A stretch of DNA of 64,000 nt from NCBI RefSeq assembly GCF_009914755.1, contig NC_060927.1. One strand, written 5' to 3'. Positions 12,886 to 27,167 of this stretch are shown in pieces (the stretch's first letter is position 1; every line of letters starts with the position of its first letter). Source of the DNA: the human T2T-CHM13v2.0 reference genome, Homo sapiens. Below the pieces are notes generated by a model. That model saw only the letters and a program-made list of their open reading frames with translations. It searched no databases and was not told where the DNA came from. The position numbers and the translations under genes were made by a program.

Positions 12886-14129
12886 ATTCCTCTTATAAGG
12901 CCTGCTTCATATAAATACATTGAATGGACATAGCTGTGAGCCTTCCTCTCAAAGAGGTTAAATCCATTTGGGCAGATAAAACTAAATTGTGACTCAATCA
13001 AGGATTAACTACATAGAAAAGAAGTGTTCAAAGATTATTAAATCAGTCAGAGAAAAGGAAACCTCACCTCCCTTTCTCTTCTCTTCAGTATCTCTGTGAA
13101 CTATAAAAGAAGTTCTTTGAAAATGAAGAACAGGAACCCATGTAACTCAGACTTCTTAGAAGAGGTTGAAAATTTGTCTGAGTATGAGTATGCTCTCTGG
13201 TAATCTTACAAGAGGTAAATCAAAAGTATGCAAGGAAATACTAGTGAATGTCAGTATTTGACTGAAGGTAGGAGCATGTGATGAAGAAGCCACATGGCAA
13301 AAGCATCAGGTAACCTAGGAGAGGGCAAGAGATGGTCAAGAATGCAGTGAGTCAATACATATGGCTCTTTGATCTGAGTGGGAGTTCAGTAAGTGGACTG
13401 GAAAATTACAACAGAATACAGATAGATATATAGATAAATACATATGTAGATATATAGTAAAGAGGATAATTTTATTATTCTCTAGGGAAATTCTGAGACC
13501 TAGCACAAAACTACTGGGGAAAAGTGGGTCCTGAGATCTTTTTAAGTGTCAAATCCCTTATAACCCTGTACAAGTTGTAAGAAACTCCAGCTGCTTCCAT
13601 CCCCAGGAAAGATTAAGCAGCCACATCACCATTCACTGGTCAATTTTCATAAGGCTTACCTATCACCCACAAATGGCTCATTTTCCTTAAGAGGATTATT
13701 AGACACTTGAGTTAGTCAAGAGGTTAGAGACTCCAGGCTCATCTACTTATCCTCCTTTCTTGGTGCAGACTTAGTGCTCTTTTTTGTGGTAGTAGAGGTT
13801 ACATCACCCAAGGTATCTCTGGGTAGGTCTATCAGCAAGAGGATATGTGAAGCCTGCTATGCTGATCTTTCCTCTGTACAGTTTAGATGGTCAAATGTGT
13901 TTGTCTTAGAAATAAGAAAATAGGACAAAGATGAGGAAGAGAAAAATGAAGGGTATGGAGTAAGCTACATACAAGTATAAATGAGGAGAAAGAATATACA
14001 ACAAAAACATGAAAGACAGGGCTACAAAGGTATAAGGATACAAAGTGAGGAAATAATTGGTTAGGTGAAGTATTTGTGACTATCATTTATATAAACTTTC
14101 ATGTGTAGCAAATGAAATTATATGATGTT

Positions 14130-14405
14130 TTAGGGATACATTTGTAACTAAGTTTTTAAAACTGACTGGAAAAATTACATTCCATTCATAAAATGGCCCC
14201 CTCTGTGAGGGAAGTAGGGAGAAGAACGGGACTGGGAAAATGAACCAAAGAATGTCAATTTTATCTGTACTTTAAGTCCAATGCAAAACATGACAACAAC
14301 CACATTTGTAAATTCCAGGTGAGTACTTGTGTGTTTGTTATATTACTCTCTATATTTTTAGAACGTGTGTTCTTGTCTTGTTTTCTTAAACTTTTTAAAA
14401 TAAAA
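14130..14405 (+). mobile_element. Old L1 (L1ME-like) 3'UTR fragment
   Basis: actggaaaaattaca..gtgtttgttatattactctctatattttt resembles an L1ME 3' end. Very decayed. Confidence 0.45.
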
Positions 14406-15194
14406 AGTGAGAGAGAGATGGAAAGGATTTTGAGGACAAAATGTGATATAGCAAGGTACATGGTCTTAGCCACTAATTACCAGCCAAGGGAGACAGACAA
14501 GTATCTAATGTCACAGCATCTGGAAGTGACTGGAGGGCAGTTTCTCACCCAGACTAAGGAGAATGATGTTTGGTTTCCCTTCTAGTCTTGGTATGTTTTC
14601 CCTAACACCACCTTCATGAAACACTCTGGTTGCTTTGCAATTGTTGTCTGTAGCTCAGCTTTGTTTACTTTCTGAGGTTGCTGATTAACTGACATGTTTT
14701 CTGTCAAGTGAAATTTACAGACACATTACCATGTTTGACAGGCACTGTGAGCTAACGTACAAGAATTTCCTGAGGAGCAAAGTTTAGCATGCACTATTGG
14801 AGGGCTTTTATAGTCATCTAGCTAAGGTGGTGCTCCCTAGGTCTATTCACACCACTGGTTTGAAAAGTTAAAATTCCCTCAGTTAAAATTCTTATTTATC
14901 AGATGTCTGTATTTCCAAAAGGAACTTTTCTTGTAAATCAAGATGAGGGTATAAGTATAATAGATACTTTGAACAAACATTATTACTAATAGGGTATGCT
15001 TAGCAAGCAAGAGAGCTGCTTCACATCATATGAGAGCAATGTTTTTAAAGCTTCAAGCCAATAAGTTTCCCAGGACTCTAAATAATTGCAGAGCTGGGAA
15101 AAGAAAAACTGAGGTACTTTGAAAGACAAAATAATAGAGGCAAGTACATAGAAAACAAATTGATTTGTGTATTTTATTGTGCAGGAGATATAGT

Positions 15195-15270
15195 AGCCCA
15201 ACGAAGTAGATAGGTTAATGAATTTCCTGGGGTCACATACAATGAGGTTAACAACAGCAGATAGAATCAA
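15195..15270 (-). mobile_element. MIR fragment
   Basis: aggttaatgaatttcctggggtcacataca resembles the MIR core. Confidence 0.45.
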
Positions 15271-16644
15271 TGGATAACCCTACATCTGAAGGGGAAAATG
15301 ACATACAAAGTAATTTTTAGATATCCTTCAAGCACAGAGGGAGCCTTGAATATAAAATTCAGAGTGAGAAAGTTTCACTGAAGATGAGAGGAAAGTGGGA
15401 TTCTGTGATTTAAGGAATAAATACTTTTTGCCTATTACAAGCCACATCAATACCCACTATCAGCCCACTAGCCCCTACTTACCAGAAATAAGGCAAAACG
15501 TGGCTGAGGGTCACGAAGTAATGCAGATTATAATTTATCACTTCTAGGTCTGTTACTTAGCTACCGAAATAGCCTGTCTTCTTATTCATATATTCTCAGC
15601 TGCCTCATTAGCAGTTACATACATATATTTGAGTGAGTTCTGAGGCTGAAGTAGAGACCAAGAAACTATTACATGGATACAATTAAAGAAAAACTGAGTT
15701 CTTAAGATACAATCTATGACCTGGGCTATGGTCTGGAAGTACTGAAAGAGTACATTCTTGCTTTGGAGTACTTCTGGCCCAGGTTAGAAATTTCACTAGT
15801 AGAACTGGAAGCAAAGGAACAACAGATCAGTCACCTGAAAGCAACTGGAAAATAGAACTGTTTCTGTGATGGTTTTGTGCTAAAGAAGAGGCAGGTTTGT
15901 TTCCTAACTGATAAAAATGGACAGTTAAGCTGCCAATCTTCTAACCTTGTTGTAAATAACATGTTACATATGTGATCATGTGCATCCATATATGTTACAC
16001 ATACACACATATAGAAATATCATTCCCAAATATATTTATGTAAGTATAAATTTATTAAGGAAATACTAGTACTTTGATCCAGTAAGGGCCAAGTACTACA
16101 AAACCATGGCATAGTTTCTCTCATTACTAAATGAGTCAAAAAATAAAAAAAGATAAGCACAATAAAATTGAAACAAGAACTGGACTTCTGGCAGATGCTT
16201 CTCTTATGTGATGTTTCTTCTAAAAGGGATGAAATGCAGATGAAATTAAGAAATGAGAGTTTAAATGTGTTTTGTATAAATGTGAGGAGTAAACATGTTG
16301 AGCAGCTGAATTACTAGCATATGTGTTGAAAGAGAAGTGTGATACTATTTGAAGAACTAAAATTGGAGATGAACAACGACAATGACCAAGAAACAAATTG
16401 TCTAGGTGTTAGTTTCAATATAGGAGATGAGAAACAGAACAAGAGGCTAGAGAGAGGATATGGGAAATGCTCTGAACCAATTATATTTGGCAAGTATTTG
16501 AGAAATGTGTAGGGAGAGGAAGGTAGGTTAAGTGCATGATAAAAAGAAGGGAAGAGCGAGAAGCCCATACCAACATACTTTCTTAAGCAATCAATTAAAT
16601 ACAATTTCAAGTTAACTTGTAATCATGATGTTAATATATGGTTA

Positions 16645-16947
<303 letters not shown>

Positions 16948-19900
16948 TGGACTGATGCAAGTAGCAAAGTAGATGAGGAAGAAGCATGCTATTTGGTAAC
17001 CAGTACAAATGTTTATATCATGACATCTTAGTTATCCAAGGTGGCATCCCTTGGAAGATGATGGGTGGGTCTTACAAGTGAGTAATTAATGTAATGAAAT
17101 ATTATCCCCTTAAATCTCATTACAAAACACTGTAATTATTTTGTTGAAAATCTAACTGAAGAGCAAGATGGTAAATTAGGAAGTATCAGGCTTTATTATC
17201 CCCCAAAGAAAGTTCCATTAGCAACTATCCACAGACAATAACACCTTGGTGAAAACTCCAAAAATGGGAAATAAGCCGGAGTCACCTGCATGGATGATCC
17301 ACGGAACAGAATAAAAACCACATAGGAAAGGTAAAAGAAATGGTCTCAATCTGACCATGTCTTCCTTCTCCCATCTCCAAGTCAGTGCAACATCACACAG
17401 AGAGGATTCCCCAGGGACCATGGTCTTGACAGGGTGAAAAAAAGAACCAAAGGCCCACATGCAGATTCCCTAGCATTCCCAGACGCTTCCCAGGAAACTG
17501 CTCTCACCTAATGGAGAATGCAGGGGAAAACAGCACAGCAAGACTACCTGGAATCAGGTAGAAATAAAGCAAGGAAGCAAAGCCCATAGCAACCAGCATG
17601 CAGATCTTGGTGGTAGCTCTGTGTACCTGCCAGCAGTAGTGTCCAATCAAAGGTACCAGCTAACAGCACTGACCACCCAAAAACCCAAGCCAGTTGCTCC
17701 CATAGGTGGTGGGTGGTGAGAAGTTCTGCCTGGCTTGAATCCCCAGACAGCTAGGCTTCTACACTATTGCAGGACCCCAACCAGGGAGGGAGACAACTAC
17801 TGAAGCCATCTAGAGAACCCAAAAGCAACTCTACCCGCCCTGGGTCATTACCAGTTGGCCCATCCTGAATCACAAACTAGACTAAATAGTGAAGACCTAT
17901 TCCTGTCAAAGAACATCTGTAAAATCCAGAAAAGTTGGCTGTGTCCTCAAATGCACAGAAACCAACACAAGGACACGAGGATTAAAAAGACTCAGGAAAT
18001 ATGACACCTCCAAAAGAAACTAAACTAGCAAAGCTTCAATAAAGAACCCTAAAGAAATGGAGATCCATGAAATGACAAAGAATTCAGAATAATCCTCTTG
18101 AAGTTAATGAACTATTAATCTAAGAATACATGGATAAAAATGAAATCGAATTTGGAAAACAATACACAAAATGAAAAGTTTGGCAATGATCTAAGAATAA
18201 TTAAAAAATAGAAATCCTAGCCCCCAAGCTGGCAGGCTCGAGGCTTTTACACTGTGCCTCACTCATTTCAAAGGAGCCAAATAGTGTGTAGAGATTGAAA
18301 CTGTGACCTTTTATCTAAAAAGGAACAGAGAAGTTCAACAGCATAGCAAAAGAAAACTTCAGATACCAGAAAAGAGAAGGTAGGCAGGCAGACTACATGT
18401 TGCAATCTGGCTGAAAACTGTGAGTGAATCCCCAACACAGGAGAAGGGGAATGAGTGTCTCTCTGCAATCCACTTCTTACAGGGGAACCATGTAATTCAG
18501 GCAACAAGAGAGCACCTTGACCCTCCCCATCCCTGGATCTAACTTGAGGAGTGGCTGGGAGACTGTCAGGAGGAATGGCACTAGCCAGTATCTCACACAT
18601 TTTCCCAGACCAAAGCATTGATGTGAGGATGCCATTCTCAATCCTAGCTAAGAGAAAGCTGCACAGGATCCTGAAAACTAGCAGCAGCAGTAGCCATTGG
18701 CATTAGAGAATCTCAGGCCAGGGAATGGAGATCTGGGTCTTAAATTAGCAGGCAGATTGGGAGGGGATCCCACAGCCAGAATGGAAAAAACAAATGTAGT
18801 ATGGTGTCTACTCATGGGTGCTGGACTTTGGTCCCATCCTTCAAGGAACCAGAGAAGAAGGCTGTTTTCCTGAGAAGTATGATTTGGACCCGGGTGACAA
18901 GCTTTATAGCCCAAGGCAGCTATACAAACTGAAAGCAAACTATGTGTGACTTAACTGCCTCAACTGTCAGAGACAGTTGAGACAGGGGAATGTACCCTGC
19001 TGGGTCTGGAGCATGAGAAGGAAGCATGTCCCACTCTTGCTCACCTATGTTAAGTACCCTGGGCCACCCCTAGTTTCCCATGCTGAGACCTTGGTGCAGC
19101 AACAGTTGTTTCACTCTTTGCCCAGGCATCTATAAAGGAGCCTTGAACTTCTCCTAGATCCCCATCAGGGCCAGTGCTTGTGCCTGCCATTGGGAAGCCC
19201 AAGTGCAGGCTTGCCCAGTCCAGCTCTACTGGAGTCCAGGCTCCCTCCCTGACCCTCCACTGAGACAGAACATGGGACCCAGACCAGAGAATGTTCCATG
19301 GCCCAAATCATCACCTGGGACACCAAAGCACTTCTCCGGGATCACAAAGGTCAAGTATAAATTCCACTGCTACCACCACAGCCATTTCCTATCTGCAAAT
19401 GCCACCTATTGGCCTGGAGGTTGACCCACACAGCCCATTCATTACAACATTTGCTGACACAAGTGCATACCACATGGGAACAAGATAGATAAGCTTTTTG
19501 TAACTTCTACTACAACCATTGCATCTTGTCACCTCAGCTACTCAAGAGGTTATGAGCCTGCTCATCTGCCTGGTACACTACTGTTAAAACTGAAATTTGA
19601 AAAAGTCATCCTACTAAGGCTATTCATAACAAAGAAAAATCATACAGAGTCTTTGCCACCGAACATATCTAGAAGCAGAGCCAAATAGCCCAATTCAATA
19701 TACATCATAGTCACATCTTCAGGAAAAAAAAATGTCCCACCCTAAAAAAAGTAAATTCAAAACACAAACAAAAAAAAGTGACTGTTTCTCCAGCTGTGAA
19801 TAAATCAGCATAATAACACTGGAAGTATAAGAAAGAAAGATATTATGACACCTCCAAAGAAACACAGTAATTTTCTAGCAATAGATGCTAACCAAAAAAA

Positions 19901-21822
19901 AAATCCTAAAAATGCCAGATAAATAACCTAAAATATTAATTTTAAAAAGATCACTGAGATGCCAGAGAAATCTGAAAGCCAATACAAAGAAATCAGAAAA
20001 TCAATTCAGAATATGAAGAAGAAATGTAATAAACCAAAAAGAACTTCTGAAAATAAAAAAATTCATTAAAGGAATTACAAAATACATTTGAAAGTTTTAA
20101 TAACAAACTAGAAAAAGAATAAAAAATCTCAGAACTTGAAGACAAGTCTTTTTAATAAAGGCAGGCAGAAAAAAAATTTTAAAAAAAGAATTAAAAAGAA
20201 TGAACAAAGTCTTTGAAAAGTATGGGACTACATAAAGCAACCAAACTTATGAATCATGGGTATTCCTGAGGGAAACAAAAAAAGCAAAAAATGTAGAAAA
20301 CCTATTTAAGGAAATAATTGATGAAAACTTCCCTAGTCTAGCAGGAGATTTAGACATCCAGATACAGCAGTCTCAACAATTACTGAGAAAATAAATTGCA
20401 AAACAGACCACCATGCCATATAATCATCAGACTGTCTAAGGTAAACATGAAAGAAAAAAATTCTAAAATCAGGAAGAGAAAGATATATACTCACCTATAA
20501 ATAAAACCCAATCAGGCTAACAGCAGAATTCTCAGCAGAAACCTTATAAGCCTGAAGAGAATTGGATGCTATTTTCAAAGTGCTAAAAGAAGAAAAAAAT
20601 AACTGCCAGCCAAATATGTTATATCCAGCTAAAATAAACTTGATAAATGAAGGAGAAATATTTCCCGGGCAAGCAAACACAGAAAATTCATCAACACTCA
20701 CTCAGACTGACAAATGCTCAAAGAAGCCATAAACATGAAGACAAAAGTTTCATATTTGCCATCATAAAAACAAATAAAAGTATAAAATTCACAGATGTTA
20801 TTTAAAAATTACACAGAGTAGGAAGAGAAAGGAGTCAAATGGCAATACAGCTGAACTCCACCAAACCACAAAGACAGAAAAATTTAAAAAACAATAAAAC
20901 AAATAGATAACAACCAGCAATATGAGAGAAACAAAACATCACATATAAAAATTAACCCTGAATGTAAATGGCGTAAATCCTCACTTAAAATGCATAGATT
21001 GGTGAAATGGATTGAAATAAAATATGATGCAACTATATGCTATTTACAAGAGACTCACCTTACTGGTAAAAACACATATAGCCTGAAAGTAAAGGGATGG
21101 AAAAAGATATTCCATGCAAACAAACCCAAAGCAAGCAGGAGTATCTATACTTAAGTCAGATAAAACAGACTTTAAGCAAAAAAATTTACAGAAAACAGTT
21201 AAATAAATTAAAGAAAGTCATTATTTAATGACAAGAAGATCAATTCACCAAAAGAATATAACAATCCTAAATATATATGCACCCAACACCTGAGCATCCA
21301 GATTCATAAAACAAATTTTACTAGAGCTAAAAAAATAGATACATAGCAGTACAATAACAGTGGGGTTCATCAGTACTCTCCTAACAGCACTAGACAAATA
21401 AATGAGACAGAAAAATCAACAAAGAAATGTTGGACTCCAGACAAAATTAACCTAACAGACATTTACAGCAGCAGAAAACACATTCTTCTCAAACACAAAC
21501 AGAACATTCTCAATAGATCATGTTTCAGGCCATAAAACAAGCCTTAACAAATTTAAGAAGATTAAAATCATATAAAGTTTTTCCTTCCATAATGATATGA
21601 AATTAGAAATCAATAGAAGATATTTCTAAAAATTCACAAATACGTGAAAATTAAACAACATATTCCTAAATAAAAGCTCAGGACTTGACAGCTTCACTGA
21701 TATATTCTACCAAATATCTAAAGAACGAATACCAATCTTTCTCAAACTCTTCCAAAAAATTGAAGAGGGATGATATATTTTGGATGTGTGTACCTGCCCA
21801 AATCTGATACTGAAAAGTCCCA

Positions 21823-22180
<358 letters not shown>

Positions 22181-22573
22181 CTAGTTTGAGGCAACTGGAT
22201 CATGGAGATGGATTTCTCATGAATGGTTTGGCACCATTTCCTTGGTGTAGCTCTCATGACAATGAGTCCTCACAAGATCTGGTTGTTTAAAAGTGTGTAG
22301 CATCTCCCTCTCCACTCTCTAGCTCCTGTTCCAGCCATGTGATGTGCCTGCTTCCCCTTTCCCTTCTGTCATAAGTTTCCTGAGGCCTCCCAGAAGCTGA
22401 AGGATGCCAGCATCATGCTGCCTGTACAGCCTGCAGAAATATGAGCCAATTAAACCACTTTTCTTTAAAAAGTAACTAGTCTCAGATATTGCTTTACAAC
22501 AATGAGAAAAGGAACTAATACAGAAAATTGGTACCAGGAGTGGGAAATTCATACAAAGATATCTGAAAATGTG

Positions 22574-24818
22574 TGTATTAGTCTGTTCTCACATTGCTAA
22601 TAAAGACACATCTGAAACTGGGCAATTTATAAAGGAAAGAAGTTTAATTGACTCCCAGTTCCACATGGCTGGGGAGGCCTCACAATCATGGTGAAAGAGC
22701 CAGGGACATCTTACATGGCAGCAGGCAAGAGAGAAATGAGAGTCAGTCGAAAGAGGCTTCCCCTCATAAAACCTTCAGATCTCCTGAGACTTATTCACTA
22801 CCATGAGAATAGTATGGGGAAAACCACCCACATGGTTCACTTATCTCTCACCAGTTCCCTCCCATAACATGTGGGAATTATGGGAGCTACAATTAAAGAT
22901 GAGATTTGGATGGGGACACAACCAAACCATATCATTCCACCCTTGGCCCCTCATAAATCTCATGTCTTCACATTTCAAAACCAATCATGGCTTCCCAACA
23001 GTCCCCCAAAGTCTTAACTCATTTCAGAATTAACTCAGAAGTTCAAAGTCCAAATTCTCATCTGACATAAGGCAAGTCCCTTCCACCTATGAGACCTTAA
23101 AATCAAAGGCAAGTTAGTTACTTTCTAGATACAATAAAGGTACAAGCATTGGATTAATGCACCTATTCCAAATGGGAGAAGTTGGCCAAAATAGAGCAGC
23201 TAAAGGTCCCATGCAAGTCCAAAATCCAACAGGGCAGTCAACTCTTAAAGTTTCAAAATGATCTCCTTTGACTCCATGTCTCACATCTAGGTCACATTTA
23301 TGCAAGAGGTGGGTTCCCATGGTCTTGGGCAGCTCTGCCCCTGAGGCTTTGCAGGGTATGGCCTCCCTCCCTGTTGCTTTCATGGGCTGGCATTAAGTAT
23401 CTGCAGCTTTTCCAGGTGCATGGTGCAAGCTGTCAGTGGATCTACCATTCTGGGTTCTGGAGGATGGTGGCTTTCTCCTCACAGCTCCCCTAGGCAGTGC
23501 CCCAGTGGGGACTCTGTGGAAGCTTAAACCCCACATTTTCCTTCCACACTGCCCTAGCAGAAGTTCTCCATGCAGGCCCCTGTAGCAAGACATTCAGGCA
23601 TTTCCATACATCCTCTGAAATCTAGGCAGAAGTTCCCAAATCTCAATTCTTGACTTCTGTGCACCCACAGGCTCAACACCACATGGAAGTTGCCATGGCT
23701 TGGAACTTGCACCCTCTGAAGAAATGTCCTGAGCCGTACCTTGGCCCCTTTTAGCCATGGCTGAAGTGGCTGGGATACAGGGTTCCAAGTTCCTAGGCTG
23801 TAACAGCAGGGGGGCCCTGGGCCTAGTCCACAAAACCATTTTTTCCTCCTAGGCCTCCAGGCCTGTGATGGAAGGGGCTGCTGCAAAAAGTCTCTGACAT
23901 GCCCTGGAGACATTTCCCCCATTGTCTTGGTGATTCACATTTGGCTCCTTGTTACTTATGCAAATTTCTGCAGCCAGCTTGAATTTCTCCTCAGGAAACA
24001 GGTTTTTCTTTTCTATCATATTGTCAGGCTGCAAATTTTCCAAACTTTTATGCTCTGCTTCCTCTTTAATGCTTTGACCCTTAGAAATTTCTTCTGCCAG
24101 ATACCTTAAATCACCTCTCTCAAGTTCAAAGTTCCACAGATCTCTAGGGCTGGGGAAAAATGCTGCCAGTCTCTTTGCTAAAGCACAGCAAGAGTCACCT
24201 TTGCTCAAGTTCCCAACAAGTTCCTCTTCTCCATCTGAGACCACCTCAGCCTGGATTTCATTGTCCATATCATTATCAGCATTTTGGTCAAACCCAATCA
24301 ACAAGTGTCTAGGAAGTTCCAAACTTTCCAACATTTTCCTGTCTTCTTCTCAGCCCTCCAAACTGTTCCATTCTCTGCTTGTTACCCAGTTCCACAGTCA
24401 CTTCCACATTTTTGGCTATCTTTAGAGCAGCGCCCCACTCCCAGTATTAATTTACTGTATTAGTTAATTTTCATGCTGCTGATAAAGCTATATCTGAGAC
24501 TGGGTAACTTATAAAGAAAATGAGGTTTAATGGACTCAGAGTTTGATGTGGCTGGGGAGGCCTCACAATTATGACAGAAGGTGAAAGGCACATTTTACAT
24601 GGCAGCAGGCAAGAGAGAAATGACAGTCAAGCAAAAGAGGTTTCCCCTTATAAAACCTTCAGATCTCGTGAGACTTATTCATTACCACAAGAACATTATG
24701 GAGGAAACTGCCCCCATGATTCAATTATCTCCCACCAGGTTCCTCCCACAACATGTGGGAATTATGGGAGCTATAATTCAAGATGAGATTTGGGTGGGGA
24801 CACAGTAAAACCATATCA
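22574..24818 (-). mobile_element. THE1 MaLR provirus: 3'LTR 22574-22934, internal region, 5'LTR 24456-24818
   Basis: Two roughly 360-bp tgtattagt...aaaccatatca LTRs. TSD atgtg/atgta. The MSTB internal sequence is continuous across the insertion. Confidence 0.93.
23849..24334 (-). pseudogene. Relic of the MaLR (THE1) internal ORF
   Basis: LELPR.LL.GFDQNADNDMDNEIQAEVVSDG.EELVGN..LWNFELER is the familiar MaLR-int frame. A homologous piece lies in the MSTB internal region (ORF 25156: EAEHKSLKNLQP). Confidence 0.8.
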
Positions 24819-26857
24819 ATGTAGAAGCAGCTTTGGATTTGGGTAACAGGTAGAGTTTGGAAAAGTTTGGAGGGCTCAAAAGACAGGTTGATTAGTTACA
24901 GTTTGGAACATCTTAGAGACTGGTTAAATGGTTGTGACCATAATACTGATAGTGATATGGACAATGAAGTCCAGGCTGAGCAGGTCTCAGATAGAAATGA
25001 GGAACTTACTGGGAACTAGAGCAAAGGTCACTTTTTTTATGCCATAGCAAAATAACTTGCCTACAATGTGCCCCTGCCCTAGAAGTTTGAACTTGAGAGG
25101 TTTGGTTTAGGGTATCTGGCAGAAGAAATTACTAAGCAGCAAAGCAGTTGAAGCTGTGACCTGGCTGCTTCTAACAATGTATGCTCATATGCTTGGGCAA
25201 AGAAGTGATCTAAAGTTGGAACTTATATTTAAAGGGGAAGCAGAGCATAAAAGTTTGAAAAATTTGCAGCCTAGCCATGTGGTAGAAAAGAAAATTCCAT
25301 TTCCAGGGGAGAAATTCAAGCAGCCTGCAGAAATTTGTATAAGCAAATGGGAGCCAAATGCTAATAGCCAAGACAATGAAGAAAAGGCCTAGAAAGCATT
25401 TCAGAGACCTTCAGGGCAGCTCATCCCATCATAGGCCCTAAGGTTTAGAAGGACTGAATGGTTTCAAGGGCCAGGCCCAGGGCCCCACTATCTTGTGCAG
25501 CCTTGGGACACAGCTCCCTGTTTCCCAGTAACTCCACTTCCAGCCATGGCTCAAATGGGCCCAGGTACAGCTCGAGCTGCTGCTTAAGAGAGGGGAAGCC
25601 ATAAGCCTCGGTAGTTTCCATGTGTTGTTAAGCCTTCAGGTGTGTTGAGTGCAAGAGTTGAGGCTTGGAAGCCTCCACCTAGATTTCAGAGGATGTATGG
25701 AAAAGCATGAGTGCCCAGGCAGAAGCCTGCTGCGGGGCAGAGTCCTCATGCAGAAGCTCTACTAGGGCAGTGTGGAGAGGGAATGTGGGGTTGGAGTTCT
25801 CACACAGAGTCCCTACTGGGGCCCTGCCTAGTGGAGCTGTGAGAAGAGAGCCACCACCCTCCAGACTCCAGAATGGTAGATCCACCAGCAGCTTGTACCC
25901 TGTGCCTGGGAAAGCTGGAAGCATTCAGCTACAACCTGTGAGAGCAGCTGCAGGGGTTGAATACTGCAAAACCACAGGGGCAGAGCTGCTCAAGGCCTTG
26001 GGAGCCCACGCCTTGCATCAGGCTGCCATGGATGTGAGACATGGAGTCAAAGACTATTTTGGAGCTTTAAGATGTAACGACTGCCCTGCTGGGTTTTGGA
26101 TTTGCATGGGGCCCATAGCATCTTTCTCTTGGCCTATTTCTCCCTTTTGGAATGGAAATATTTATCCAAGACCTATAACCCTATGGTATCTTAGAAGTAA
26201 CTAACTTGTTTTTGATGTTGCAGGCTCATAGGCAAAAGGAACTAGTTTTGTCTCAGAAGAGACTTTGGACCTTTCGGTTAATGCTGGAAAAGTTAAGACT
26301 TTGAGGATTATTAGGAAAGCATGATTGTATATTAAAATGTGAAAAGGACATAAAATTTGGGAGGGGTCAGGACGAAATGATATAGTCTGAATGTGTCTCC
26401 ACACAAACCTCACATTGAAATGTAATCCCCAGTGTTGGAGGTGGGGGCCTGGTTTGAGGTAATTCAATCATGGGGGTGAATTTCTCATGAATGGTTTAAC
26501 ACCATCCCCTTCATCCTGCCCTCATGACAGTGAGTGAGTTCTCACGAGGTCTGGTTGTTTAAAAGTGTGTGGCACCTCCCCCTGCCCCCTTGCTCCTACT
26601 CCAGTCATGTGATGTGCCTGCTCCTTTTTCACCTTCTACCATAATCATAAGTTTTCTGAGGCCTCCCCAGAAAACACACAGATGCTAGCATTATGCTTCA
26701 TGTATAGCCTGTGGAACCATAAGCCAATTAAACATCTTTTCTTTATAAACTGCCTAGTCTCAGGTACTTCTTTATAGCAATGTTAGAATGGACTAATACA
26801 AGGAAACACTTCCAAATTCCTTTGAGAAGGTGAGCATTGCCTTGATACCAAAGTCAG

Positions 26858-27167
26858 TGTATTAGTCTGTTTTCACACTGCTGATAAAGACACACCTGAG
26901 ACTGGGTAATTTATACAGAAAAAAAGGTTTAATGGACTTACAGTTCTACGTGGCTAGGGAGGCCTCACAATCATGGCAGAAGGTGAAAGCATGTCTCACA
27001 TGGTGGCAGACAAGAGAAGAAAGCTTAGGCAGGGAAACTCCCCTTTTAAGACCATAAGATCTCATGAGACTTATTCACTATCATGAGAACAGCTCCCACT
27101 GGGTTCCTCCCACAACATGTGGGAATTCAAGATGAGATTTGGGTGGGGACACAGCCAAACCATATCA
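26858..27167 (-). mobile_element. THE1 solo LTR (THE1A/B-like) inside L1 ORF2
   Basis: tgtattagtctgttttcacactgctgataaagac..gccaaaccatatca. TSD gtcag/gccag. Confidence 0.92.

Noticed and set aside
14640-14750. FOX (TGTTTAC) and MEIS (TGACAG) motifs
   Set aside because: Motif density is within chance expectation for AT-rich DNA.
25707-26204. 165-aa ORF
   Set aside because: Lies inside the MSTB internal region. This is a known MaLR frame relic, not a host gene.
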